Assembly: GCA_963797555.1 (NCBI GenBank)
Contig: CAWCPV010000003.1
Coordinates: 224,001-288,000 of the forward strand
Direction: 5' to 3'
Length of the DNA stretch: 64,000 nucleotides
Source: an uncultured Gammaproteobacteria bacterium
GTDB taxonomy: Bacteria; Pseudomonadota; Gammaproteobacteria; CAWCPV01
Under the pieces are notes generated by a model. The model was given only the letters and a program-made list of their open reading frames with translations, did not search any database and was not told the origin of the DNA. Within the stretch, counting starts at the first letter, position 1, and each line of letters begins with the position of its first letter. A program made the position numbers and the translations under genes. Shown here in pieces: positions 1 to 9,878 of this stretch.

Positions 1-9
1 TATAACGAT

Positions 10-87
10 GAGGGTCAACGGAGCGAAGCGGAGTGCAACCCAGCGCTTTGCTCATGCTTTTCGGTGGGTTACGCTAACCCACCCTAC
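10..87. repeat. GTAG-type REP palindrome, possibly a degenerate REPIN doublet
   Basis: 63-87 reads GGTGGGTTA-CGC-TAACCCACC-CTAC; the reverse complement starts GTAG followed by a perfect 9-bp palindrome. A degenerate partner (gagcgaagcg...aaccc) lies at ~10-45. Confidence 0.6.
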
Positions 88-267
88 GGTAGATCCGCTC
101 GGGCAATGCCGTGCGCTGGGAAATCGTGCTCCAGGCCCTACACTGAGGTGGGCGGTCACGACGGTGATTCGCAGCACGGTCGTCGTCAATACCAACGTCC
201 CCCGCCTGCAGGTGCCACCGTGGTCTCGCCAAGGTAGTTCGTCGAGAAACATCTGGCCGAGTGAAAC

Positions 268-3200
268 GTGAGCCCGATCGGCAGCCCCGAGTTCACGACC
301 GTCGAGCTGCCCTTCCTCGACCAGCTCGCCCTGTTGGGCTGGAAGGTGCTGACCGGCGATCTGGACGATCCCTCGGCAACCGGCCGCGAGTCCTTCCGCG
401 AGGTGCTGCTCGAGGACGACCTCCGCGACGCCCTTCAGCGCATCAACCTGCGCGACGGCGAGCCCTGGCTGGACGAGGGCCGCATCTCCCAGGCCGTGAG
501 CGCCCTGGAGCGCATCGGGGCGCCGCGGCTCATGGAGGCCAACCAGGCGGCCGCCGATCTGCTGCTGAAGGGCATTGCCGTAGAGGGCCTGCCCGACTGG
601 GACCTGGGGCGCTCCCGCACCATCCACTACATCGACTGGGAGTACCCGGCGCGCAACACCTTCACCGCCATCAACCAGTTCCGGGTGGACTGCCCCGGCG
701 GGCTGGCCAAGGAGTTCATCGTCCCGGACATCGTGCTGTTCGTGAACGGGATTCCGCTGGTGGTCATCGAGTGCAAGAGTCCTGCGACTTCGGAGCCGAT
801 CCCCGCCGCCATCGATCAGCTTCGCCGTTACTCCAACCAGCGCAAGGGGGCCGGCGAGGTGGAGGAGAACGAGGGCAACGAGCGGCTGTTCCATACCAAC
901 CAGTTCCTGGTCGCGACGAGCTACGACGAGGCGCGCGCCGGCACCATCGGTGCAGATGCCCAGCACTATCTGGAGTGGAAGGACACGGCGTCGGTGCCGC
1001 TGGCCGGCGTGCAGCGGGAGCTGGGCAAGGACGCGCTCTCCAGCCAGAACAAGCTCATCGCCGGGATGCTGCGAAAGGAGCACCTGCTGGACATCGTCCG
1101 CCACTTCACCCTCTATCAACAGGTGTCCGGGCGTACCGTGAAGATCGTCTGCCGCTACCAGCAGTTTCGGGCGGTGCATGCCGCCGTCCACCGGCTGCTC
1201 CACGGCAAGACCCGACGCCAGGACGGCGAGCACGACCGCAGGGGCGGCATCGTCTGGCACACCCAGGGCTCCGGGAAGAGCCTGAGCATGGTGTTCCTGG
1301 TGCGCAAGATGCGCTCGCTGCCCGAGCTCCGCCGCTTCAAGGTGGTGCTCGTCACCGACCGCAAGGACCTCCAGCGCCAGCTCTCCGACACCGCCGCGCT
1401 GACCGGCGAGACGGTGCAGGTGGGCAGCACCGTCCCCGAGGTGAAGGACCTGCTCGCCCAGCCGGGGCCGGGGCTGGTGTTCGCCATGATCCAGAAATAC
1501 CGGGAGCGCGACCTGGAGGGCGAGGCGCCCGCCGGGTGGGACAGAAGGGCTGCGAACGCGCCCGACTTCGAAAAGCTGCCGCGCGCCGCGGAGCCGCCGG
1601 TCCCGTACTACGGCCCCGACCAAGTGTTCCCGGTGCTGAACGAGGACGAGGCCATCCTGGTGCTGGTGGACGAGGCGCACCGCTCCCACGCCAGCTCGCT
1701 CCATGCCAATCTGCTTGCGGCGCTGCCGAACTGTGCGCGCATCGGCTTCACCGGAACCCCCATCATCATGGGGGCCAGGAAGCGCACTCACGACATCTTC
1801 GGCGAATTCATCGACCGCTACACCATCAAGGAGTCCGAGGAAGACGGCTCGACCGTCCCCATCCTCTACGAGGGCCGCACCGCCGAGGGCGCGGTGGCCG
1901 ACGGCCGCGACCTCGACCAGCTCTTCGAGGACATGTTCCGCGACAAGACGGACGAAGAATTGGAGGCCATCAAGCGCAGGTACGCCACCCGAGGCGAGGT
2001 GCTGGAGGCGCCCGCGCTCATCCAGGCCAAGGCCGAGGACATCATCCGTCACTATGTGGAGCACATCCTCCCCAACGGCCTCAAGGCGCAGGTGGTCGCC
2101 TGCAGCCGGCTCGCCGCCATCCGCTACTACCACGCCCTCCTCGATGCCCGCGACGAGCTGGTGGCCCGGGCCCTCGCCCTGGACGAGCGGACCCGCGACC
2201 TCGACGACGAGGCGCTCCTCGAACGGCCCCGCAAGGTCCGGGCTGCCGCCCGCGCCTGGCGCAACCTCGCCCTCCTCCAACGGCTGGCGTTCGCCCCGGT
2301 GATCTCCGGGAGCAACAACGATGACCCGGCCTGGAAGGAATGGACCGACGCGGGAAGGATCGCGAGCCGCATCGAGCGCTTCAAGAAGCCGCTGGTCCAC
2401 GAGGACCCCGAGCGCACCGACCCGCTCGCCTTCCTCGTCGTCAAGTCGATGCTGCTCACCGGTTTCGACGCGCCCGTCGAGGGGGTGATGTAACCTGGAC
2501 CGCCCGATCCGGGGGCCGAGCTTCTCCAGGCCATCGCCCGCGTCAACCGCGCCAGCCACGGCAAGCAGGCGGGGATCGTGGTCGACTATTACGGCGTGGC
2601 CCGCCACCTGAGCGAGGCCCTGGCGGCTTACAGCGAGGAGGATATCGAGCGGGCGCTCAAGAGCCTGAAGGACGAGATCCCCAAGCTGCGGGACCGGCAC
2701 CAGCGGGCGGTGGACCTGTTTCGCTCCCGCGGCATCGAGGAGATCAGCGATACCGAAGCCTGCGTCGACCTGCTGAAAGACGAGCGCCTGCGGGCGGAGT
2801 TCGCGGTCAAGCTGAAGCAGTTCCTGAACACCCTGGACGTAGTGCTGCCGCGGCCGGAGGGGCTGCCCTTCAACCGCGACGCCAGGACGCTCGCCTTCAT
2901 CTACGCCCGCGCGCGCAACCGCTACAAGGAGGGCCTGCCCTACCTCGGCAAATCCGTCGGCGCCAAGGTGCGCAAGCTCATCGACGACCACGTCGTGTCG
3001 CTCGGCATCGACCCCAAGATCCCGCCCATCTCCCTCACCGACGCCGAGTTCGACCGCCACGTCGGGGGCCAGGTCTCGTCGAGGGCCAAGGCGTCCGAGA
3101 TGGAGCACGCCATCCGCTATCACATCCGCAAACACCTGGACGAGGACCCCGTCCACTACCAGAAGCTGAGCGACCGTCTGCGGGAGATCCTGGAGGAGTT

Positions 3201-3585
3201 CGGGGAGCGCTGGGAGGATTTGGTCCGGGCACTGGAAGGGCTCGCCGCCGAGGCGCGAGCAGGACGCCGCGAGGACGAGAGCGGACTCGACCCCCGTATC
3301 CAGGCCCCGTTCTTCGACGTGCTCCGGGAGGAGGCGGAGAAGGACCGCCCCGTGGCCGACATCGAGGGGCTCGCGGCTCTCACCGTGCAGCTCGTGGACC
3401 ACATCCGGCGGGAAGTTCGCATCGTGGGCTTCTGGAAGAACCCCAATGCGCAGGAGATACTGCGCGGACAGGTGTTCCAGTTCCTCGACGACCACGAGCT
3501 GGTGGTCTTCGACCGGCTCGACGCGGTGGCCGACCGCATCATGGAGCTGGCCAGGGCCAACCACGAGCGGCTCGCGAAGCCATGA
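268..3585 (+). CDS. hsdR: Type I restriction endonuclease subunit R, interrupted at ~2491 by compensating +1/-1 indels (likely sequencing error)
   Basis: PDIVLFVNGIPLVVIECK nuclease motif, WHTQGSGKS Walker A, DEAH, GFTGTP, MLLTGFDAP. The ...VMYLDRPIRGAELLQAIARVNR motif is recovered by removing one A (atg taa c) and adding one G. ORFs 268-2493 and 2578-3585 are in the same frame. Confidence 0.92.
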
Positions 3586-4274
3586 ACGCGCTGCTCGTCG
3601 ACGACCTGGCCTTCGAGGTGCGGCGCAGCGAGCGGCGCAAGACGGTGGGCATCACCGTGGACCGCGACGGGCAGCTCGTCCTGCATGCCCCCGATGCGTG
3701 TCCCAGGGAGACGCTCGAAAGCTTCGTGCGCCAGAAGCGCTTCTGGATCTACCGAAAGCTCGCCGAGAAAGAAGCGCTGCAGCGTCCCGTGCCGCGGAAG
3801 GAATACGTCAGCGGCGAGGGCTTCCCCTACCTCGGGCGGAGCTACCGGCTGCTGCTCGTTCCCGAGCAGGAGGTGCCCGTCAAGCTGGAGCAAGGGCGGT
3901 TCCGGATGCGTAGAGCAGCCGCCGGAGACGGCCGGGCCCATCTGGTCCGCTGGTACGCTGCCCACGCCCAGCCCTGGCTCCGCCGCAGAGTGCAGCAGTG
4001 GCAGCGCCGGGTAGGCGTGGAGCCCGCCGGGGTGCAGATCCAGGACCTCGGCTACCGCTGGGGCTCCTGCGGCAAGGGCGGCAAGCTTTACTTCCACTGG
4101 AAAAGCATCCTGCTGCCGCCCTCCATCGCGGAGTACATCGTGGTGCACGAGCTGGTGCACCTGCACCAGCCGCACCATACTCCCGAGTTCTGGCGCAGGG
4201 TGGAGCGGGCGATGGCGGATTTCGACGCGCGGCGGGCTTGGCTGACCGAGCACGGCGGTGGCTTTGGGCTGTAG
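3582..4274 (+). CDS. M48/YgjP-like (DUF45) zinc metallopeptidase, hsdR-associated
   Basis: ATG overlaps the hsdR stop; RWGSC and HELVH...H motifs; typical neighbour of hsdR. Confidence 0.88.
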   Translation: MNALLVDDLAFEVRRSERRKTVGITVDRDGQLVLHAPDACPRETLESFVRQKRFWIYRKLAEKEALQRPVPRKEYVSGEGFPYLGRSYRLLLVPEQEVPVKLEQGRFRMRRAAAGDGRAHLVRWYAAHAQPWLRRRVQQWQRRVGVEPAGVQIQDLGYRWGSCGKGGKLYFHWKSILLPPSIAEYIVVHELVHLHQPHHTPEFWRRVERAMADFDARRAWLTEHGGGFGL

Positions 4275-4702
4275 TCGGCGCGTGATGGCCCTGCTGTCCG
4301 CGGGGTATCGATATCGGCGTTCTCGCAGGACTGGGGTTCCGAGAGCCGAGTGCTGGAGATGCCCACGAGGACCGGATCTGATGCGAGAGCCCGGTGCTGG
4401 AGCAGGCGGAAGCGTTGTCGCAGGGATGGGTGGTGGCGTCGACTGGATGGAGAAGGCCAACGCGGCCTAGACGCGGTGCACCTCGCCAGCACGCTGGTCG
4501 TGCTCCGCGCCGCGGCTATTGCAATGCGGCTCCTCCATGCGCCACCGCTTTCTGACAGGGCCGTCGGTCTACACGGCATGCAGGGCTGGGCGCAGTATGC
4601 GCACGACGAAGATGAAAGGAGATCGAAGTCAAGGTGAAGCCTTCTGCTGCGACGATCACGTCGCTATTTCGGTTCTTCCCGGAATCGTGTGGGTCGCCAT
4701 GC

Positions 4703-5974
4703 TTATGCCGCAGCGGCATCTGCCCGAGCTTTGACACCAGAGGATGTGTTGAGCGGCGAGGCGGGCAGGTGGGCGAGATTGCCGGCGATGAGGTAGGCGA
4801 TGGTGATGAGCGAGTGCGTGGTGCGGTAGCCCCGGGCGCGAGCCTTAGCGGCCTGGATGAGGGAGTTGATGCCCTCGGCGCGGCCGTTGGTGATGCCTGA
4901 GTGGAACGCAGCGAGCACGCCGTCCCAGTGCTCTTTCAGGGTGGTGGCGAGGCGTTTCATGGGCTGCAGGCGGCTACGCCGTGCCCAGCTATACCAGCGC
5001 CCGAGGGCGCTCTCGGCCTGCTCGAGGGTGCTGGCCGTGGCGTAGATATCGCGCAGCGCCTCCTTGAGGCGCCAGGCACGGGCGGTCTTGAGGCGGGCGC
5101 GGGAGAGCCAGTGGAAGTCGGTGAGCTGCTCCCAGGTCCAGTCGTGGGCGTCTTTGAGCCAGGTCCAGCGGGTGCCCCTGAGGGCGGGCTCGGTCTTGAT
5201 CTCCTGGCGGCGCACCGCGTCGACCGCCTCGTTGGCGAGCTTGATGACATGGAAGGCATCGAAGCTCACCGTAGCCTGAGGCAGATGCTTGGCCACCCCG
5301 GCGCGGTAGGCGGCGGACATGTCGATGCACACCTGCTCGATGGCCCGCGGGTCGCCGCCATGGGTACGAAGGTCGGCGGCGAAGGCCGCCACGGTGCTCT
5401 GGTCGGGGCCCTCGCAGGCGAACAGCAGGCGTCTGCCCGTAAGGTCATGGAACAGGCTGATGTAGTGCTGTCCACGCCGGGCAGCGGTCTCGTCCAGACC
5501 GATGGCGCGCACCTGGGAGTGGTCATCCTGATCGCGGGCCCTGCCCACGTAGTGATCGAGCACCCCCCACAGGCGCTCATCGCCCACACCCAGGTGCCGA
5601 GCCACGGTCGCCACCGGCAGGGCCTGGCACAGCGTGACCACCAGCGCCTCCATCAGCGCCGTGAAGCCACTGTGGGCGCGCGCCCACGGCGGTTCGACCT
5701 GGGTCGTCTTGCCGCAGGCCTCGCAGCGCACTCGCGGCAGATGCGCGTGCAGGTACGCCCGTGACTTAAAGAAGCTCAGGTGCTGCCAACTGCGCTCCCG
5801 GGTGTCGTGCACCGGCTGGCCTTGCACTCCGCAGGCCGGGCAGGCAAAGCGGCTGCCCTTGGCAAACGCCACCTCGAGATTGATGCGCCCAGCCTCGGGG
5901 TCGAACCGCACGTCGGTGACCTCCCAAGGCGCTGTCAGGCCCAGTGCCGTGGTAAACAGATGCGTGGGCTGCAC
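4703..5974 (-). CDS. ISL3-family transposase
   Basis: GTG start after a GGGGGAG RBS; CPACG/CEACG zinc finger, GLDET, CIDMS, FDAFHV, TNGRAEGINS..KARARGYR. Confidence 0.93.
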   Translation of the reverse strand: MQPTHLFTTALGLTAPWEVTDVRFDPEAGRINLEVAFAKGSRFACPACGVQGQPVHDTRERSWQHLSFFKSRAYLHAHLPRVRCEACGKTTQVEPPWARAHSGFTALMEALVVTLCQALPVATVARHLGVGDERLWGVLDHYVGRARDQDDHSQVRAIGLDETAARRGQHYISLFHDLTGRRLLFACEGPDQSTVAAFAADLRTHGGDPRAIEQVCIDMSAAYRAGVAKHLPQATVSFDAFHVIKLANEAVDAVRRQEIKTEPALRGTRWTWLKDAHDWTWEQLTDFHWLSRARLKTARAWRLKEALRDIYATASTLEQAESALGRWYSWARRSRLQPMKRLATTLKEHWDGVLAAFHSGITNGRAEGINSLIQAAKARARGYRTTHSLITIAYLIAGNLAHLPASPLNTSSGVKARADAAAA

Positions 5975-5995
5975 GGTGCTCCCCCCTTGGATGAC

Positions 5996-6107
5996 GGCCT
6001 GTGGGTTTGTGGACGAGTCCTGCGGAGCGGCCCGCGTCCCAAGGACCGTGTGGACAACCTCCCGGTTGCCCACACTCGCGGGCCTCTCGCCCACCACCCC
6101 ACAAGCC
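5996..6107 (-). ncRNA. Candidate multibranched structured RNA/leader inside the ISL3, upstream of the transposase
   Basis: Nested inverted repeats: a 22-bp outer stem, GGCCCGCG/CGCGGGCC, GTGTGGACAACC/GGTTGCCCACAC and two TCC-NNN-GGA mini-hairpins. Three plus-strand A-C mismatches become G-U pairs on the minus strand. Confidence 0.5.
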
Positions 6108-6549
6108 CAACCACAAGATGTTGTGATAAGCGACTAGTCAGGGCAGATGCTACTTCACCACCGCGACCCACACAATTTCCGAAAGAGCCGGTTTTGCGCC
6201 CACGGTTCGTAGTCGGGCGTCTGCGCCCGAGAATTTCGACGAGCCCTTGAAGGACCCCGGAGCGACACTCACAGCTGCAATCGAGCTGCTATGGAACTGG
6301 AAAGCGTCGACGTAAGACCGGTGACCGAAACGTCGCCCATGGGGGTACCGCGCCGGTCGGGACACCCAGTGATGCGAACCTGGGGTGACGAGTAGCTTAG
6401 CGCACGAGATCATCCCAAACGGGCCTGTTCTGAACCGCCAACCTTCAGCCCGAAGATTGCCGCATGAAGACTCAATCAGCGCCGCTTGTCCTGGCCGATG
6501 GCCAAGCGCCCTCGCTAGCCCATACCTGAGACGGCTGCCTCAGTTGGGC

Positions 6550-6596
6550 GCCCGCCCCCGCCCCGCCCCGCCCCGCCCCGCGACGGGGCGGGCGGT
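6550..6596 (-). terminator. GC hairpin and (CCCCG)n run downstream of the Gly-rich gene
   Basis: CCGCCCCG-CGA-CGGGGCGG stem just after the stop codon at 6604; no clear U-tract. Confidence 0.35.
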
Positions 6597-6603
6597 GGCC
6601 GTG

Positions 6604-7188
6604 TCAATTGCTCGGCGCAGGCTCCGACGTTGAGGGTTTGGCCGGTGCCTCAGACGGGGCCGCTGGCGCGGGAGCCGCCGGTGCGGCGGCAGGAGGCATC
6701 CCGCCAGCCTGAGCGCATGGCCCACGCCCGGGGCCGCCCCAACCGCGACCGTAACCGCCTCCAGCATAGGGCCCGTAACCCGGCATGCCGCGACCGTAGC
6801 CGGGGCCCATCCCGCCGTAGCCGGGGCCCATCCCGCCGTAGCCGGGGCCCATCCCGCCGTAACCGGGCCCCATTCCGCGGGGGCCCGGCCCCATGCCGGG
6901 ATACCCGTAACCACCCCTGCCATAGCCCGGATAGCCGTATCCCGGGTAGCCATACCCCCCGGCCTGCGCCCCACCCATGGGGCCAGGTCCCGGCGGCGGG
7001 GTCTTAGCCTGTGCCTCGGCCGGCGCCTGTCCCGGCGTCGTACCCTGGGTCTGGGCACTTTGCTCGGGCTGCGTCCCGGGGCTCGCGGGGGTCGTGACAT
7101 CAGCCACAGCCGGGCTCATCGCCCCACACGTCAGGGTCGCGCCCAGCGTCAGGCCCGACAAGGTATAGAACAGCTTCTGCTTCGACAT
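6604..7188 (-). CDS. Exported Gly/Tyr/Pro-rich repeat protein (sulfur-globule-protein-like)
   Basis: AGGAG RBS; Sec signal ending AVA-D; GYGYPGYG and GPGYGGM repeats; Ala/Pro-rich tail. Confidence 0.7.
   Translation of the reverse strand: MSKQKLFYTLSGLTLGATLTCGAMSPAVADVTTPASPGTQPEQSAQTQGTTPGQAPAEAQAKTPPPGPGPMGGAQAGGYGYPGYGYPGYGRGGYGYPGMGPGPRGMGPGYGGMGPGYGGMGPGYGGMGPGYGRGMPGYGPYAGGGYGRGWGGPGRGPCAQAGGMPPAAAPAAPAPAAPSEAPAKPSTSEPAPSN
6794..6877. repeat. 21-bp coding tandem repeat: 3 perfect copies plus 1 degenerate copy
   Basis: The unit ccgtagccggggcccatcccg encodes GMGPGYG on the minus strand. Confidence 0.95.
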
Positions 7189-7814
7189 CGCTCTTCTCCT
7201 TTACAGTGATGCTACTTGGTGACAAGTCTGTCAAATCTCTTGAACCAGCCCCATCTCTCACCGCTCGGGACTCCCCTCCCTGCCGCCAAACTCGCAGCGG
7301 AAGGCCTCACCCCTTCCCGATCGCCAGCGATGCTGGACCGGAACCCTCCCACCTTACCGGGCGCCGCGCGAACGTCGCACTGGCTGTCCACAGCGAGGAG
7401 GCGGCCGACCTGATTGGCCATGCGCCCGCGGAGCGCGACCCTATGCTGCCATTCCGCCGCGCACGCTGCTGGACCCGAGAGCGCTTCCCGGGCTGTCACC
7501 CCGCCGACCAACGCAGCTACACGTCGGGTATGGGTGCAGGCGACGGTTCAGGCCCGTGGCAACGACCATAGCGCAGGTTTCCGGCACGGGGGCGGAAAGC
7601 GGTTGCACTATACCACCATCACCACAGTCTTGAGTACCGCGATGCGCGGCAGGCTCGTCCCCCAGATGCATCGCCAGGGTTAAAGCGTCCTCTGGCGCCG
7701 AGCCAGATGGGAGTGCTGCAGTGGGGCACCAAGAGATCTGAGGAGATGATTGGCTGTACTCACCAGCGGGCCCCAGGCGGTGCGACGTCCTGGGACAGTC
7801 TTGTTCACAAGCTC

Positions 7815-8561
7815 TCAGGGACGGCCCCTGCTCCTGAGCATGAGCGCGACCAAGGCACCCCCGAGAACGCCCCCGACTGTGCCTCCGATAATGCCGTGGA
7901 GAGCCCCGCGCACCACGGTTTCAAATGCGTCTGCAGGGCCTGTGTCTGCCGCAGTGAGCACTGACCGGCCGACGCTCCACATGCTAACGGAAGTAGTCCC
8001 CCCGATGATGGCCCCGACGGTAGCGCCCACCGCCGCCACCCCGAGCACGCCCACCAAATGCCGCACCACGGACTCCACGGTAAACAGATAGAGGCTGCCC
8101 GCCACCAGAACCACCAACGCCGCGATCAGGCCCAAATCGATGGGCCCCGCCCATATCGCCAGTCCAAGACCGATCGTACCACCCGCCAAGCCCGCTGCGG
8201 CACCGGTCAGACAGCGCGCGACTGCTCCGAGGATCGGCACCTCCATCACCCCATACAGCGCCCCCATACTCGCTCCGACGGTCGCCCCCAGCAGCCCCAC
8301 TGCGTGCCAGCCACCGGCCGCACCGAGCACCGCGCTGTATAGTATGCCCGTTACCGAGCCGAGGATGGCGGCAACGAGCGCGACATGCGTCGCCCCGTAA
8401 ACGGCGCCGAGCAGCGCTCCGGCGGTCATCCCCGCGATGGGCGCGACCATCAAGCAATCGGAGATCCCCACAATCCCCCCGAAGATCCCGCCGAATATGG
8501 CGCCACCCATCGCCCAGGCGATGGTCCCCATGACTAGGTCTTGGGCCGCCGCAGCCTTCAC
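7815..8561 (-). CDS. Gly/Ala-rich multi-pass membrane protein; start uncertain, IS200 relic immediately upstream
   Basis: About 8 hydrophobic GxxxG-rich segments in ORF 7815-8702; the part upstream of ~8561 lies inside the IS. Confidence 0.6.
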   Translation of the reverse strand: MKAAAAQDLVMGTIAWAMGGAIFGGIFGGIVGISDCLMVAPIAGMTAGALLGAVYGATHVALVAAILGSVTGILYSAVLGAAGGWHAVGLLGATVGASMGALYGVMEVPILGAVARCLTGAAAGLAGGTIGLGLAIWAGPIDLGLIAALVVLVAGSLYLFTVESVVRHLVGVLGVAAVGATVGAIIGGTTSVSMWSVGRSVLTAADTGPADAFETVVRGALHGIIGGTVGGVLGGALVALMLRSRGRP

Positions 8562-8565
8562 CCGA

Positions 8566-9004
8566 TAACCTCCCTGAGGTAAGCCCCCGGCTTTGCCGGG
8601 GGACTCACCGAGGTTTGACCTATACGACGGTCGTCGTGAATCTCCAATCTCCGCCAAGAGAAGGGGATTCACGATGAAAGAGCACCAGAGTCCGAGCCAC
8701 ACGAAGTGCGACTGTAAGTATCATGTGGTATTCATCGCGAAGCGCAGGAAGAAGCAGATCTTCGGGGCGCTGCGCCGCCACCTGGACAGATCTTCCAGGA
8801 GTTGGCGGGCCACAAGGTGTCCACAGTCGGCTTGGATGAGGCGATGGTGAGGGCCTACATCCGGAACCAAGACCAACAGGACGAGCGATACGAGATCAGC
8901 TAACGCTGGGGACATAGGTCCAGCCGCCTTGGGCGGCTCCCGGTGTTATGGCGCCTTTGAGGCGCTCACCCAATAAGCCCCCGGCTTGCCGGGGGTGAGT
9001 TAAC
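8566..9004 (+). mobile_element. IS200/IS605-family element with internally deleted tnpA (non-autonomous)
   Basis: Subterminal hairpins CCCCCGGCTTTGCCGGGGG (~8584) and CCCCCGGCTTGCCGGGGG (~8978). The TnpA N-terminus (HTKCDCKYHVVFIAKRRKK, from 8674) is joined to the C-terminus (STVGLDEAMVRAYIRNQ) and the HUH core is missing. Confidence 0.88.
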
Positions 9005-9462
9005 TCCGCCTTGTGGTGCCCTCGAGGATTGGGGTGTGCACCCATCCATTGCACAGTTCAATCACTTTAACACGCACCAACCGGGTGCACACCGCCATTG
9101 GGCCGTGAGCCGACCTGCGGTGTCAGGCTGCCTGTGTTCTCCCTTTCCCGTGCAGAGGGCCGATTCGCCCAGTTGGCAGCATGCCAAGTCCGATCCCAGA
9201 ATGTGGCGGCTGCTTCACGCCGGACCCAGCGGCCCGCAGGGAGCCTCGGCGCTTCACCCCCGACCGTGCCCGAGTCGCGGGGTTGCGGACAGTTTCTTCT
9301 TGCGAACTGTCCGCATGGCCGCCGGTGAAATGCCCCGAATAATCCGTTAACATAAGCCTACTTCTTGGAATAACCACCGGTCGCTTCCCGGCATCACCCA
9401 GCGGCAGGGGCGATTCGCGGTGGCAACACCCGGCCGGGAGCGGCAGAGAGGGGAGAACCGCT

Positions 9463-9831
9463 GTGGCTGACAAGCTGCTGATAGTGATGGTGAACACTGA
9501 CCCCAGTGACGGTCCGGAGCTGGGTGCGCCGTTCTTTCAGGCGGCCGTCGCGGCTGCCATGGAGTACGACGTTGAGGTCATCCTCACCGGGCGTTCCGGG
9601 GAGCTGGCCGTGAAGGGCGTGGCCGAGAAGCTCCACGTTCAGAAAGGCAGCTCCAAGAGCGTCTACGATTTCATCAAGGATGCCCACGAGGCCGGGGTCC
9701 GTTTCAAGATCTGCACCCCCACCCTGGAGCTGTGGGGTAAGGACCTGATCCCCGAGATCGAGGAGACGGTGGGCGGCGCCTACGTCATCGGTCGGGCCAT
9801 GGACGACGAGACCGTCACCTTCACGTACTAA
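9463..9831 (+). CDS. DsrE/DsrF-family sulfur-relay-like protein
   Basis: GGGAG RBS; APFFQAAVAAAMEYDVEVILTG and GVRFKIC patterns; 122 aa. Confidence 0.8.
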   Translation: MADKLLIVMVNTDPSDGPELGAPFFQAAVAAAMEYDVEVILTGRSGELAVKGVAEKLHVQKGSSKSVYDFIKDAHEAGVRFKICTPTLELWGKDLIPEIEETVGGAYVIGRAMDDETVTFTY

Positions 9832-9878
9832 AGCTCCAAGATCCCCACCCCAGCTTCGGATCGAGACGGCCCTCGTCC

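Larger units (their letters stand above)
4671..6189 (-). mobile_element. ISL3-family insertion sequence, complete
   Basis: 27-bp imperfect terminal inverted repeats: GGTTCTTCCCGGAATCGTGTGGGTCGC (4671) and the reverse complement of 6163-6189, GGCTCTTTCGGAAATTGTGTGGGTCGC; 22/27 identical. They enclose a transposase. Confidence 0.93.

Noticed and set aside
2485-2520. Stop-codon readthrough or split HsdR
   Set aside because: Explained by a +1 and a nearby -1 indel that restore the conserved YLDRP motif; same error pattern as elsewhere in the window.
52-3564. 1170-aa minus-strand ORF
   Set aside because: Antisense shadow of hsdR caused by high-GC codon bias; no motifs.
2340-3581. Long N-terminal extension of the M48 peptidase ORF
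   Set aside because: Off-frame overlap with hsdR; the real start is the ATG at 3582.
6794-6877. CRISPR-like array
   Set aside because: Head-to-tail coding repeats with no spacers; no cas genes. The same applies to the 22-bp repeat at 30029.
7206-7700. Short ORFs between the Gly-rich gene and the membrane protein
   Set aside because: No recognisable motifs or RBS in any frame; the same holds for 6190-6540 and 9005-9400.
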